The notes under the pieces: model-generated | What the model saw: the letters and a program-made list of their open reading frames with translations, nothing else | What the model was told of the DNA's origin: nothing | The model's database searches: none | Shown here: piece after piece, positions 1-12,844 of the stretch | Layout of the letters: every line of letters starts with the position of its first letter | Numbering within the stretch: the first letter of the stretch is position 1 | NCBI GenBank assembly: GCA_002633005.1 | Contig: NMRA01000268.1 | Location: 2,509-66,508 of the forward strand | DNA from: Phoronis australis | Taxonomy: Eukaryota; Animalia; Phoronida | DNA length: 64,000 nucleotides | Direction of reading: 5' to 3' | Translations under genes and position numbers: made by a program

Positions 1-86
1 GTAGACAATGACCACTGTCTCTAGCGGGCTATTAGAAACGGTGAAGCTCCTATAAGCAATTCACACTGATTAAACATCAAAGTCAC

Positions 87-716
87 GTTTTTATAAGTAC
101 CTTTTGCGCATTGAGGGACACCTTCGGAGGCCGTCGATGTCTTTAATTCCTTCCAACTCGCACAAATCCTCCCATTTTTACACCGCGCACGCCAATCCTA
201 GCGGGCAAAATGACACCAAAGATAGCACTGTGAAGACTATTTTTCAAATTTTCGCTTCGCAGAGCTATAGCTCATAGCTCAGCGGTCCTTTGAGTGATTC
301 TTTTGAAACTTCATGTGCGGAGTCGTCAGCAATGCACATTTGTCTTGTGTTACAGCCAACGTTCTAGAAATATTTGCATTTTTTCAATTAATTCTCTTGT
401 ATTGATTTCTCCGGCGTTCCTTAACTGATCTTTCTGAAATTTGGTGTGCGGGTGTATCTAACCAAGCGCTGGCTAATGTGTTATTCGTTTTTCGTTGTGG
501 ATTACCGTTCTCGAGCTATTTGACATTTGCTGACCAGATGGCTATCATGGTCTTTCTATACGGGTTTGCACAGTTACGCATCCTTCCATTGTATTCTTGA
601 CCATCTTTCATCACCACCATCGCCAATGGCGTCCTCATCACCAATTGTCTCTTAAAATGTTAGCAGAAGACGGAAGAACCATACGGGACGCTTGTCCCGC
701 CACACATTTATAATCT
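87..716. mobile_element. Possible non-autonomous Helentron/HINE-like interspersed repeat
   Basis: Begins in a T-run (TTTTTATAAG) and carries GAAACTT/GAAATTTGG..GTG sub-repeats. Ends with hairpin CGGGAC-GCTT-GTCCCG (684-699) followed by TTATAATCT. The family assignment is inference from this layout only. Confidence 0.3.
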
Positions 717-750
717 AAAAATTGACTTTTCCCTTATACATGTAACATAC

Positions 751-1752
751 CTGAAAGAATCCGTAAAGGTGGATAAAAAGGTACACGAATCCTGCATATT
801 CTTGTTCAGGGTATGGTTTTAAATCCTGGAACCATCGTGGGACGACTTTTCTCACCTGTTTTAATTAGAGACCGGGTGGGAGAGTTTTGGTTGGGAACAG
901 CGTCGCCTTTGAGATTAGTGTCGATGGGTTTAGTGTCGTCTGTATGTTCATCAGTGTTTTGATTGCTAATTGATGTGATGCTGTGACAACAATGTTGTTA
1001 ATGTGGGTACCGGATGTTTTCTTGTCAAATCAGTGTTGCTCCAGTCATTCGCATGACATAGCCGACGTCGCTGTCGTCAAAAACTTTAGCGTTTACACCC
1101 TCAATACCACGGCATTGTTGTCGGCTGGCCGACGTCGTTCGAATGCTGCTATCGCCGTCGGCAGTGGCGACACTGTCATTGCTGTTTTCGGTGTAGACAG
1201 CGTCTTGCCATTAGCAGCGACCTCGTTGTCATTGACAGTCTTGTGTCTTTACAGTTGCAATGGCGTATGTGTCATTGAGCTTCCGATGGAATCATCGCTG
1301 TTGTTATAACGTCGTCAGCGGTGTCTTTGTTGTCATTGGTGTGAAGAGCCTCGTCTTCGTATCCGTTGGTGTTGTTGCTTTTGTCTTCGTTATTCATTCT
1401 ATTTCGCCAATTGTAAATTTCATTTACTCACTTTTTGTCCTTGGCGTCTGATTTGCTCGTACAACACTGGTGGGTGTTCTTGTGGACTGTTCAGTCACAG
1501 TGATATGCATATGAGGATGGTGAGGCACTTCAGAGCTCAAAAATGTGTTGCCTGCAAAGAGATTTCTGATCCGCTGGTCTTGGTGGACATGTACTATTAG
1601 CCGGCGGCTTGGAACTTTGCAAGCTGAATTGACCCCATCTTTTACTCCCTTGGTTCATATGCAGGCTACTACGAAAACAGTCAGGTCTTTTACTCGTAGT
1701 GTCTGGATGGTCGTTTCTCTCCAAGACGGACTGCTAAATCTAATCGTGTTAT
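751..1752 (-). pseudogene. Degenerate Thr/Pro-rich (mucin-like) coding remnant
   Basis: The minus strand gives TKTKATTPTDTKTRLFTPMTTKTPLTT (1390-1311), TLSTPKTAMTVSPLPTA and TTLNPSTLISKATLFPTKTLPPG in different frames with stops and frameshifts. Candidate donors are CAG|GTATGT at 751/750 and CAG|GTGAGA near 855. Confidence 0.35.
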
Positions 1753-1926
1753 CTTAAACATAAGATTCCGAAAAATTCAAAGTTTAGTACAGCTTCACAC
1801 TGCTACGACAGAGATTATTAATGCAGCGTTTCCTAAACTGCAGGGCATTCGAATCCTTAATCCAATCAGGGTCCTGAGCTGGATGTTTCGTTACTAGCTA
1901 TCAGAATAAAAGTTATAAAAATAATG

Positions 1927-2740
1927 TTTATACGTTATTCTGTTCTAACTGACGTTGCGGTAGAAAAAATATGTTTATACATCATTCCGTTCTACCTAAT
2001 GTTGTGGTAGAAAACATTATATTTATACATCATTCTGTTCTAACTGACGTTGTGGTAGAAAAAATATTTTGTTTGTACAATATTCTGTTCTAACTGACGT
2101 TGCGGTAGAAATGTATTATGTTTAAACATTATTCTGTTCTAACTGACATTGTGGTAGTAAACATTATGTTCACACATTATTCTGTTTTAACTGACGTTGT
2201 GGTAGAAAAATATTATGTTCATACATTATTCTGTTTTAACTGACTTTGTTGTAGAAAACAGGTTTATACATTATTCTGTTCTAATTGACGTTGTGGTAGG
2301 AAAAATATTATGTTCATACATTATTCTGTTCTAACTGACGTTGTGGTAGAAAAATATTTCGTCTATACATTTTTCTGTTCTAACTGACGTTGTGGTAGGA
2401 AAAATATTATGTTCATACATTATTCTGTTCTAACTGCCGTTGTGGTAGAAAAAATATTTTGTTTATACATTTTTCTGTTCTAACTGACGTTGCGGTAGAA
2501 ATGTATTATGTTTATACATTATTCTGTTCTAACTGACCTTGTTGTAGAAAACATTATGTTTATACATTATTCTGTTCTAACTGACGCTGTGGTGGAAAAA
2601 TATTATGTTTATATATTATTCTGTTCTAACTGACGTTGTGGTAGAAAACAGGTTTATACATTATTCTGTTCTAACTGATGTTGTGGCAGAAAAAATAGCA
2701 TGTTCATACATTATCCTGTTTTAACTGATATTGTGGTAGA
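1927..2740. repeat. ~49-bp tandem minisatellite, ~17 copies, with a 390-bp higher-order period
   Basis: Unit TTTATACATTATTCTGTTCTAACTGACGTTGTGGTAGAAAAATATTATG repeated head to tail. Diagnostic variants recur 390 bp apart (2101 vs 2491). Confidence 0.95.
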
Positions 2741-2959
2741 TGGGTTGATTTGGCACCGGCGTCGCGTGTAGGCCAAATATGTTTAACACAAAGCAATGTT
2801 CACGGCCGTCTGTAGCGCAACAGTAAAGCAGACGACCAAGAGGCATATGAAAACCAACGATTAAAATCTCACAGCTATACTTATTACACATGAATAAAAG
2901 GACACAGGCTCACAAGAATATGTGACGAAATGTTGAAGTTTGTGTAGTCTTTGATGATT

Positions 2960-3407
2960 AATTGAATCCTGTTCTGTACTACCTGCTGTTGGCAATTCTG
3001 ATCACCACGCAGTTGAAATCACTAACACTTTTAAAAACAAACCGGTCAAAGAACAAGACATCACAAGAACGAGATGAAAATATGATCAAGTCAAAACCGA
3101 CAAACTACGTCAGGATTTCATCTCCATTGATTGGCATTACATATTGGACACCGGCGACATTGATGACAATGTTTCACTCTTCACTAGACGTATTCTTTAC
3201 GACATTTAAAAAACAACATCCCATCAACTAAAAAGACAATTAAACACAACAGTCAACCATGCTTCAACAATAATATTAAACGGGCTATCCGCACCAGAAA
3301 CAGACTTTACAGCTCGTTCAGAAGATCTACCAACACTGTAATACGGAACAGATTCAAGGAGCAGTCACGCCTGGTGGAGATCGACTTTAGTAAATCAAGC
3401 CGAAGCT
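2960..3407 (+). mobile_element. CR1/L2-type LINE, 5' fragment (end of APE endonuclease plus linker), decayed
   Basis: Translates to VLPAVGNSDHHAVEI (APE-terminal SDH motif), then IDWHYILDTGDIDDNV and QPCFNNNIKRAIRTRK, typical of the ORF2 linker. Frameshifted. Confidence 0.75.
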
Positions 3408-6400
3408 GATCGCTGCCAAAATATTCAGATTTGTTGTGTAATTTTGTTGGATTTCCTTGGGGAAAGTGGAAACTATGCATTTTTGGAAACCTCATGGAGC
3501 AACAAATCAGAAAATAATTGATTTCATTTTTTGACGGATTTCCAAAAATGATGCCGGTTAAGATAGATTTCATCTCCCCCTTTGAGTCATTTAGAATGTT
3601 ACTTTTGATGGCTGCATCCACATTTTTGTGGTCAATAAATCTGAAAATGAAACTTATTATTAAATGTGAAACATAATCGAAAGCCCATTTATTAGCAGCC
3701 ACATTTTGTAAATACATTCTTCATGTATTCCAGCATATATGGTCACTATCTTACTTTCTTGCATATTTTGTTCTGGTTTGTTTCCTTCAACAAACTTAAA
3801 CTAAACCAGTATCTAAACAACTTCTTTACGGTTGCAGAACATGAAAGTAACATGTATATTGTAGTGTTAATAGTCTTTCATTAAACTTTTAAACCAGTCT
3901 ATAGATCGTTACTATCGCTATCATGGCATAGATCAGTGCAAGAGCATCTTTGGGAAGAGCAATCCTTTTTGCACTGGCGTTTCACCATCTCAATCATAGC
4001 CTCTGGCGCCGGAAACTCCCCAGTTGTGAGGGGCTCAGCTGGTCATCTTTGTCATTCGGCATTGAGTCAAGGAAATCCTGTTGAACAATGGTAGCCTGGC
4101 CCCACACTCTGGCCTGAATAAACACCCTCAGCACATGCTGTTTCAAAGAACCAATGGTTGGCGGACGTTTGTCGCTGTCAGCCTTAAGTTTGAAGAAGAG
4201 GTACCATCTCAGCTCTGGGATGCTATTTGTGCCAATACTCTGTGGTGAGTATGCAGCACATGTAAAGGGGGATTAATGTGAACAGAGTTAACCTGTTACT
4301 TCAGAGGCGTTACAAAGAGTTTGCAGTGCATTGAAAACATCACTGTATGTCTTCAAATATATATTCCATCACACAATCGACCAGTGTTGGCTGTCCCTAT
4401 AAAAGCATGGAAAGTCGGAAGAGCCTTTGCCCGGGCACCACCAAATGTTGTCCATATTGGATTCGCGTCCACAATCTCAGATGCCATGGAGACTGAAATA
4501 TTTCGGAGAATCCTGTCATAATAGGCAATAACGAATACCAGTAGATCTGTGTCAGGTGAAAAAACATCAGCTGATAATCAGGGACATTTCGATGTGTTGC
4601 CAGGATTGCATGATGCATTAACAATGAATCTGCTTCTTCGTGATTGTTTTCGTCAAAGCGTAGATCACGTCTGTTGCTCTTTGTGCATCCTGAAGCTGAA
4701 GTAATGACTATCTTGGCAGAGTCTTTGCTGTATTCAATTGTCTTTGCAGACTTATATTCAGTCAGTTGAGCCTTTTTTGGTCATGGGAGAGGAAACGGCT
4801 CATTGAGATATTCTGGATGTTAGTCTCATCTCTTTGGCACTGTACTGGGCCCTTTCTTTGCCTCCTTTTCTTCTTGTGGCTTGTTTCAATGATCTCGTCA
4901 TAATTTCTAGTTAAGAACAGCACTTCCATGCAATCCACACGTGAAATTTTGTGGCTTGGGTGAACACACTCAGTAGATGTCGTTTACATGTTTTCTGGGT
5001 GTAAAACCTCTCTTGCAGCTTGAGGACTGTCCTGTTCTGAAAGATTCTGCAGAAGGTGGATTAGCTTCGACTTGTCTGTGCATGGCAGCATTGCCCCACT
5101 GGCAGCAAGCAATGCTCTTGGTGTTATGATGAATTCATAGAGGCTGATAGCATGTTTCTGGTCGATTTGTCTATTTGACTTGACAAGTACCAGCAACCTG
5201 CCATACAGATCCTTGGTCTCCTTGAGATTCACGGTGTTGTCACGAAATTTTATCGCTGCCTTCTTGTGTCTTGACATGAGCATCTTATTGTTCACCTTTT
5301 TGGCTGATTACCAAAGGCTCTTATCTTCATTGATTCTCTTGTTTGTCCGTGTCGTCAGCATACAAGATCTTTGGGTCATACTTTTGTAGGACATAGGCAT
5401 GTGTGATCATATATACCTGGTTACACTGCACTGTAGCTGGATTGCCATGGCTGAGTATGGCGCTTTTAATCTTGTTGATAGCATTGTGACCTCCCTTGAT
5501 CTGATAGGTCAGGGTGCTGCTGCTTGATGCCTGCTTCAGTGCTGAACTGACTCTTGAAATCTCTGGACAGACAGGACAGTTCTGGGGTTGCCATGGAGAA
5601 TCTCTGCCTGGCATTGGCATTGTTGGAAATATCGGTCAGTCCAGAATGGAGGTTCATCACCTTGTTGAGGTGTTCACAAGCGTGGTCTGTACCAATGGAC
5701 ACAAATGGGATTTCGGTTTTGGTGACTGGTCAGTTGCCTGTTCCAAGTTCATTCCATATGTCGGGTAGTTGGTACTTAGGTCTTGCATATCAATAATGTA
5801 TATGGGCCAGAGCCCTTTGTATTTGATGCGACCAAAAGCAAAGAAGGCTCTTATTGAATCAGCAGATGGTGCCACAGATAGCAGGATGGTTTTCGAGTCA
5901 CTGAATGTTTTCATTATCTCGACAATTGCCAACAATTCAAGGAAATAGTGGTGAACTTGCTCTGTGCTCTCGGCCTGTCTGGTGTTGTTCTCTGAACAGG
6001 CTTTTACTGCTGATTTTACAGCCTCACAGCACATGGGTTCTAATTGTGAGTTTTCTTTAAAGAACTCTTTTAGGACTCTCAAACAGTGCTGTATATGAGT
6101 AAAGGTGGGCTCGGAGAGTGTGCTTGTAGTGAGTGCACTTTAGAATCTGTCTAGTTGTTGCTGTGCCAAAGACGTCGGCTTCTATCTAGGCATCATCTAT
6201 GCCGGAATTATTACATATATCTATGTCCGTTCGAAGAGCTCTCACATATGCCATTACTGCATGCAAGTCTTGGGATCACCGTTTGCTTACGTTCAGCTCT
6301 GGTATCTAGGAGCTGTACAACCCTCTGGTATAGAGTCGTGTCGCATGAAATGACTACTTCGTCAACAGCCAGCCTCCCCAATTGGCACGTCTGCATAACA

Positions 6401-7168
6401 ACTGTTAGCAGGTTCGACCACTCAAGGGCCACCTTTGGACGTAGTGAGTGGTAAGGCACCAATTTCAGTCAGAGACTGGCTTGTAGAGATCAGTGAGTTG
6501 TAGCCTGCCACCCAGCATTGGATATGTCTGTTCTCGTCATGGACCCTCAGCCTGGTTACTGCCAAAGTCACCTGCCATCCGACGAAAATTGTATTTCCAT
6601 CGAGTAGAGAAGAGCTGGATTCCAAAGTAAATAATATCGAAAGCTTCAAAAGATGTGTCTCAAATGTCTTTTCAAAAAGATATAGATAAAGGTATATCTG
6701 CGTTTCTGTGATTCTTTTACATATTCTGGGGTTTCGTAGCTGCTACTAAAATGCCTTAGATTACATTATCATTTCAGAAATAATGTTTTTCAATTCCTTA
6801 TCCCACAAAATGTGGGTGCAGCCATTAAACTAACATTCTAAGTGGCCCAAGAACAGAGATACTGAGCAAAAAATATTTTGCGGCCGCCATTTTTGAAATT
6901 CCAATAGGGCAGCCAATAAAATTAAAATTTCCAATTTTATGTCCTCAGAAGTGCGGGTGTTGCGATTAAAACTACAACATTCTAAGTGGCACAAGAACAG
7001 AGACATTGGACAAAATCTATTTCACCAGCGCCATTTTTGAAAACCAGGATGGCCACCAAGATGGCCGCCAAAAATGGAATCAATGATTTTCTCCAAAAAA
7101 TTATAGTTTCCACTTTCCCCCAAAAAGTTCCAACGAATGTCAAAATTTGAACATGGTGAACCTGACTA
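3408..7168 (-). mobile_element. Academ (AcademX-type) DNA transposon, decayed, inserted into the LINE
   Basis: Minus-strand remnants: IGTDHACEHLNKVM..GLTDIS (transposase), NHEEADSLLMHHA / PDTDLLV / ALPTFHAFIG (XPG/PIN-like nuclease motifs), PPTIGSLKQHVLRVFIQARVWGQA, and C-terminal QCKKDCSSQRCSCTDLC (Cys cluster). Imperfect inverted repeats at 3446-3487 and 7092-7134 (core GGGGAAAGTGGAAACTAT). The right end is CCTGACTA, consistent with Academ TAG...CTA termini. The left boundary is approximate. Confidence 0.8.
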
Positions 7169-8810
7169 AAAGCTTTGTTTTACAAATTAACAATGTAAGC
7201 AAGAACTCCAAAGAATATTGGAATATTATCAATAAATTACGCGGCAGTCAACAACAGTCCTCTTACCCAGTCATCAACCACAATCGTAATCTAGCCTCAA
7301 GTAGCAGTGATAAGACTGACCTATTTCTCATTTTTTTCACGAACAAAGGCCACATTACACCAATTGATGCAGGTATTTTCTCTTGTCTGATATCCAAACA
7401 GATGTCTGGAAGTATCTTATTATCTCTATAAAATTGACTCCAATAAGAATGATGGAACAGCTTTTATCACAAGGAGGATGATCAAAATGATTTCCAAAGA
7501 CATTACCATGCCTTTAACCAACCTATTTAACAAATTTCTTCAGCTAGGTATGTATCCGTCTTCTTGGAAGCATGGAATTATGGTCCTTATGCACAAAAAG
7601 ACTCCAAAACTGAAATGTCTAATTATCGCCCAATAATTTTGCTTAACACCCTATCCAAAATCTTCTCAAACAAAACAACTAGATTAATCATCGTCAATTT
7701 GGATTTTTCCTGGAAAGAGCACCGTGGCACAACTTGTTGAACTAGTTCTTGAGATTCATATACATTTTAAGAAGGGTGAGAGTGTCAGGTCCATCTTTCT
7801 AGATATAGCCTCTTCTTTTCGACTGTGCCCCTCATCACCTTCTACTCCACAAACTTCGATCCTATGGCATTACTGGGAATCTTATAAATATATCTCATAT
7901 CTTTCTGATCATACATACAGTGTTCGTGTCGACGATGTTCTTTCAACATCGTCTCCTCCTGGGTTTGTAAGTGTGTACTGCAGGTGTATCGCAGGGTAGC
8001 GTATTAGGCCATCTTCTTTTCTTGGTTTATATTAATGACCTTCCTGATAACCTGTCATGTAGCGCATACCTTTAGGCAGATGACACGGCGCTTTTTTACC
8101 CCCTTGCAGGGGGAACCCTTGAGAGTTTTTTGCAGCTACTACACGACTTGAATAAACTCAGCTGTTGGTCACATGAATGGAGAATGAATTTTAAATCAGA
8201 AAAAACGTTGACCTCATAATTTTGACAACTCAATAGCCCTGACACAATTCTCGCTTCCCCGCGAAAACGAAATAGCACTGTACCGATCGAGATGCAATCT
8301 TTTCCTCAACTCCGACGAGTTTAGGCACAATTTTAGTAATGTCTCTCCAAACTGTAAATGTGGTGACCATCAATCTTATCCTCATGTTGTCTTCAAACGT
8401 CCCCTCATCGAATACCTGAGAAACTCACTCTTTCGTGCACTCCATAAAAATCAATTAACTGTAAAAAATGCTTTCAATCCTGTAATAATATCTCTACTAA
8501 AGTTACATTATTATTAAATGGTAGTCCAAACTTCGACGTTTTTCTCAATGAATTCCTCTTAAGCAATGATACTAAATTTCTATGCATCGCTTATGAATCC
8601 TGTTGCATCTGATTTCCATATCTGTACATGTTTTTGCTTTTAATATGTTCGTAATACCATATCTAAATATTTGAATATTTATATTAAATACTACTTACAT
8701 GCATACTACTTTCATTTATCTACTGTCTACAGCCCAGATACAATGCTTCGCGATTTTAGGGTTTGTCATTATTTTCCTTGTATGTTCTGCGTATTCTTCA
8801 ATAAATATAT
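7169..8810 (+). mobile_element. CR1/L2-type LINE, 3' part (reverse transcriptase), decayed
   Basis: SKNSKEYWNIINKLRG, GMYPSSWKHG, SNYRPIILLNTLSKIF, QFGF, IFLDIA, LLLHKLRSYGI, GVSQGSVLG, FLVYINDLP and L*ADDT, with frameshifts and stops. AATAAA near 8800. Confidence 0.9.
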
Positions 8811-9252
8811 TTCACCTTGAACAATGAATACTTGGGAAAATACCTTGTTGAATGAGCAGCTCGCGTGTGTGCTCCGCCCGCTGGCACTGTTCCTGTATTA
8901 CGTGCATGTGTATATTTCAGCACTGATACTGAAATGTATCTGGGTGGGTCACGACCCATCGTCACATATTCGTGTCATTTTATTTTTGCCTTATGATGAG
9001 ACAAGAAGAGTCACAAATGTAGCTGTCATTTTAGTCGTTAGCCTTCTTTGGTCACTTGACCGTCTGCTTTATTATTGCGTTTCGACCGACGGTCAAAGAT
9101 ACAGAGAATTCCAGCCACCCAGAACTTGCTAAGAAACTTTAAATTTAACGGAGACCCTACGATTATGTTTTAAACAAAAGGTAAGTCTTAAAATTACTTT
9201 ACTGAATTTGCCTTAGGCGTACTCACGTTTTTGCTCAAATAACACCTAAACG

Positions 9253-9572
9253 CATAGGCGGATTTACGGGAGGGGTCCAGGGGGCCCGCACCCTCCCCCC
9301 CCCCTTGGCTGGTGCAAGCAAAATTAGACGGCAACAACGTAAAGAAATATTGAGTTCACCAACTAGGAACGGCGGCGGGGAGGCCCCAGAGCGCGGCGGA
9401 ATCGTGTTCCCGTTTTTTTTGTTTAGTCCTCCGATAGAATTTGGGAACACCAGGTCCACATCGCCAGCCCCCGCAACCTTTCGGGCCGCCTCTGCATACA
9501 ATTGCACTTTGCCCAATTCTCCGAGGCAACATGTTGCACCCCCCTCCTTATGGTATCCTAGATCCGCCAATG
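9253..9572. mobile_element. MITE with 5-bp TSD (hAT5-like)
   Basis: TIRs CATAGGCGGATTTA and TAGATCCGCCAATG. AAACG is duplicated at 9248-9252 and 9573-9577. Confidence 0.85.
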
Positions 9573-10354
9573 AAACGAGTGGCAGGATAAGTAATTTCAT
9601 GTCCTGAGTCCTGTGTTGGTGTATTGTAGACTGTGATGAGCGTATGTGCATTTGAAGTTGTTGGAGAATGCGAACCGGTGTTTTTATTTTATGGTGTATG
9701 TCACATGCTGTAATCTCTTGAAAGCAGAGTGCCATTGTTTGGAGATTCATTACATAAGGGAATTGAAGTGCAAGTCATGAAAATGAGGTGTAAAGTGGTG
9801 CATGTCTCTTATTTGACGAGTTCTGGCATTGGTAGAAATTGCAGTCTCATTTTTGTGGTGTTCGTGATAAATAAGTAAATGAAATTAAACAATTTCTTTT
9901 TTTTTTGTTCAAAGCATTTTGATTAATGATCATTAATTATGATGGCTTCCTATCTTAAATATATTATTCCCACTTCATATTAATTAAAAACTTCATGAAG
10001 CAAATTTTGACACAAGTTAGAGTGATTCCATATAAAACCAACAGGTAGTCACAGATTTTTTTAAACGTAGCACGTGAGTTTGGTTTGGTGAGATGTAGAA
10101 AAATTTCGCTTTTTAAGAATTTTCACCCATTCTCTTTTTATGACATGTACCTCCGATTTGCAACAAAATTGGACGCCAACGTTGAATAGTTCTTGCAGTG
10201 CGATCAATAAGGATATGAAAAGGCATACATTCAAGGTCAGGAGAAAATTCATGAAAGACAATTTTAGCAATGACTCAGTTCATGACAGACCTCAGGTATA
10301 CACAGTTCAACACAACGGTCTGGACTTCATAGCAAACATACCGAGTGACCCACT

Positions 10355-10553
10355 CTTTGGCGTAGCATGGGGGTTCAGATGCCGCCGGAAGCCTGCCGAA
10401 GGTGGGAGAGGGAGTGCTAAACAGGTATTGTCCAAGGGGACACCAGGCACCTGCTATCTGGGGGTTACATAGCTGCTAACCGGGCATGAGGGGCGTCACT
10501 TGGTGAGGTGTCGACCGGGGGGGGGGGGTAAGGAGGTACTTGCTACGCCACTA
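10355..10553. mobile_element. hAT-like MITE
   Basis: TIRs CTTTGGCGTAGCA and TGCTACGCCACTA with a G-rich interior. No clean TSD. Confidence 0.55.
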
Positions 10554-12180
10554 GACTGACTATTGTCTTTTCACCTCAACTAGAAACTATGAGTAACTAT
10601 GATAAAATGTAGAATACATGTACATGGAGAGGACTAGGAAAGCAAAAGTTGGGTCATTTAACTCCAGCTGTGACACTTGATCTTGTGGCTCTTGAAGTCG
10701 AAGTTTCCGGCAGTACCAATTCTAAGCCTGTCCAAAATGAGCCAATATCCGCTGTGAAATGTTGAAGTCAACACCTCGTTCAGATTTTCTTCTGAAAGAT
10801 TTTGGGTGTTTAGGGTACAGACACTTCCTGCTTGGATTAAACCGGGGCCAAATTCTCTTCGGTGAATATTGCATAAGATTTAACACCACAACTGGTCGCA
10901 AATTTACTTATTTTGGCTAGTGCGACCCCCATACTAGCTGCCACTTGCCTTTATTTTTGCGGTACTTTACAGCAACTCAGATTTTCTGAAGTGACTAAAG
11001 CCACAAAGCTTTTGCGATCGCACTTATTTGATGAAAACTCTCTAAACGAACAGAAATGATCATCGTTCTTCAGTTGTCCTTAAAACCAGTCTTTACAAAG
11101 AATAATTCTTACAAATTCAAACTTCAAAGGGATTTATTTCCATTTAAGTGACCAGAAATTGCCAAATAAATGACAATCGAAGAAAACAAGAGGATAATTA
11201 CATGTACAAGATTTTTATTTATCCTCCAACCTAATGTCAACTGACTCAGTGGACAAAGGTCATCAGTTTTGATACTGATAGCGTAAAACATCCCGAAAAC
11301 GACTTGTTTTCATTTGAAAGACTATAGACTTGATTTTTGTAACAATTTAAAGCATATTTCTTGTTCAAAATTTCGTTCAATTTGTCTTCAAACTCTGCTT
11401 ATCATTTCCAAAATTGACAGTTTGCAAGACAGTTTTCACTAAATGTAAAGTTGAGGCCAGATATGTTTTGGTCAGCCATCAAGATTTACTCCTTAGGTGT
11501 ATGTTCAAAAAGTTACAAAAAGCTACAAACTGCAATATGACAGGAATAGGGTCACAAAAACGGCCACTAAAATTAGCTAGAAAAAGTGGTATGTGGATTA
11601 TTTCCCCTGTCTAGCGCAAAGCCGTCCGATTTGAGTTAATACTATATAATTAATTACAGTATACACTGGTTATTCCAGCCACTAATATGCAACGTTTAAT
11701 TTATTTTGTAAGTTACTCATTTTCGTTACTGAAAACATACAATTTTGGAGACGACTAATATGGCCAATTGCGATCTAGTCACGCTCCAGGGGTCATTTAG
11801 TGCACAAAGTGTGGCATTTATATTTTTTTAGAAAACCTATCCGTGTACAAAAATGACGTTGTCGTGAATTTTGACGTGTAGACTGATTTTTAAAAATCTA
11901 CTGGTTTTATATAGACCTAAGCCCAAATAATGTTCATTCAACGCAATTGCAAATACTGTCAAACTTAATTGAATTTAATACAAATTTTCTAGTGTGTATT
12001 TTATTTTTTGATGGTGAACCACCACCTAAAATAGCCGCCGTCGTGAGTATCATCTGGCTCATGCAATATGGGTATTGACTCAACTGCCGCCGTACATGTT
12101 CGTAATGAGGTAAAGAACTTAAAGAAATGAATAATAAAATGAGGCAAAAACAAACACTGTTACGTAATGCTTATATTTGA

Positions 12181-12300
12181 GGAGGCAGTGTGGCCTGGTT
12201 GATAAGTGCCCGCTTTCTTTACTCGACGTCGTGGGTTCAAGTCCCTCCAGGTCACACTGCTAAACCCTTGAGCCAGGTTTCTAGCTCCTCAGCTCGGTTT
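12181..12300 (+). mobile_element. tRNA-derived SINE head (MIR/CORE-like)
   Basis: A box TGGCCTGGTTG and B box GGTTCAAGTCC, followed by CCCTTGAGCCAGG resembling the CORE motif CCTTGGGCAAG. Confidence 0.65.
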
Positions 12301-12844
12301 TAACCATATATCAATAAAGCATAAAAATATTTCCAGGTGATCAGTGCAATGGGCCCACATGCGAGGCCTAAGGAATAAGTTTTCTAGCTATTGTTTCACA
12401 TGCGTAATTTTCTGTTCTTTCGAGATACATGTACATGTATGTGAGAAAGTTTCACTTGAGTAAGTCAGTCTTTGCCAGTATTAATTATTGTAGTAGTTTT
12501 CGTTTGCGTCAAATTAGTATTAAGTCAAAAAGTTTAAAAACCAACTAAAGCACCAACATCCGACCCAGATTATCCTTGTTCTCTCTATAGGCTTCTGAAG
12601 TAGCGTCGAAGTGCAAGAAAAACACCACTGCAAAATTACTGATCGATCATTAAGTCAATGTTTTCCATGAAAGCAAACTTCAAGCAACGCCCACTTACCG
12701 CGTAACTTATTCCCCCCTGAAATTTATTTCCCGTGGCACAGGAGTAAGGTTTTGTGGTGCTCTAATCTATAAGCAGCCTTAGGGTTTGACCTTGCATCCT
12801 TCACAAAAACGAAAATCACACTGACGTAAATCGGAATACACGCA

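Noticed and set aside
1927-2740. CRISPR-like appearance of regularly spaced repeats
   Set aside because: The whole unit is repeated with no unique spacers, there are no cas genes, and the context is eukaryotic.
3307-3717. 136-aa minus-strand ORF
   Set aside because: It spans the Academ terminal repeat and the LINE junction, and has no domain signal.
9235-9750. 171-aa and 100-aa overlapping ORFs
   Set aside because: They run through a GC-rich MITE with TIRs and TSD, and show no protein motif.
10620-10910. SKFATSCGVKSY resemblance to a protein-primed polymerase motif
   Set aside because: A single weak motif surrounded by stops, with no other PolB motifs nearby.
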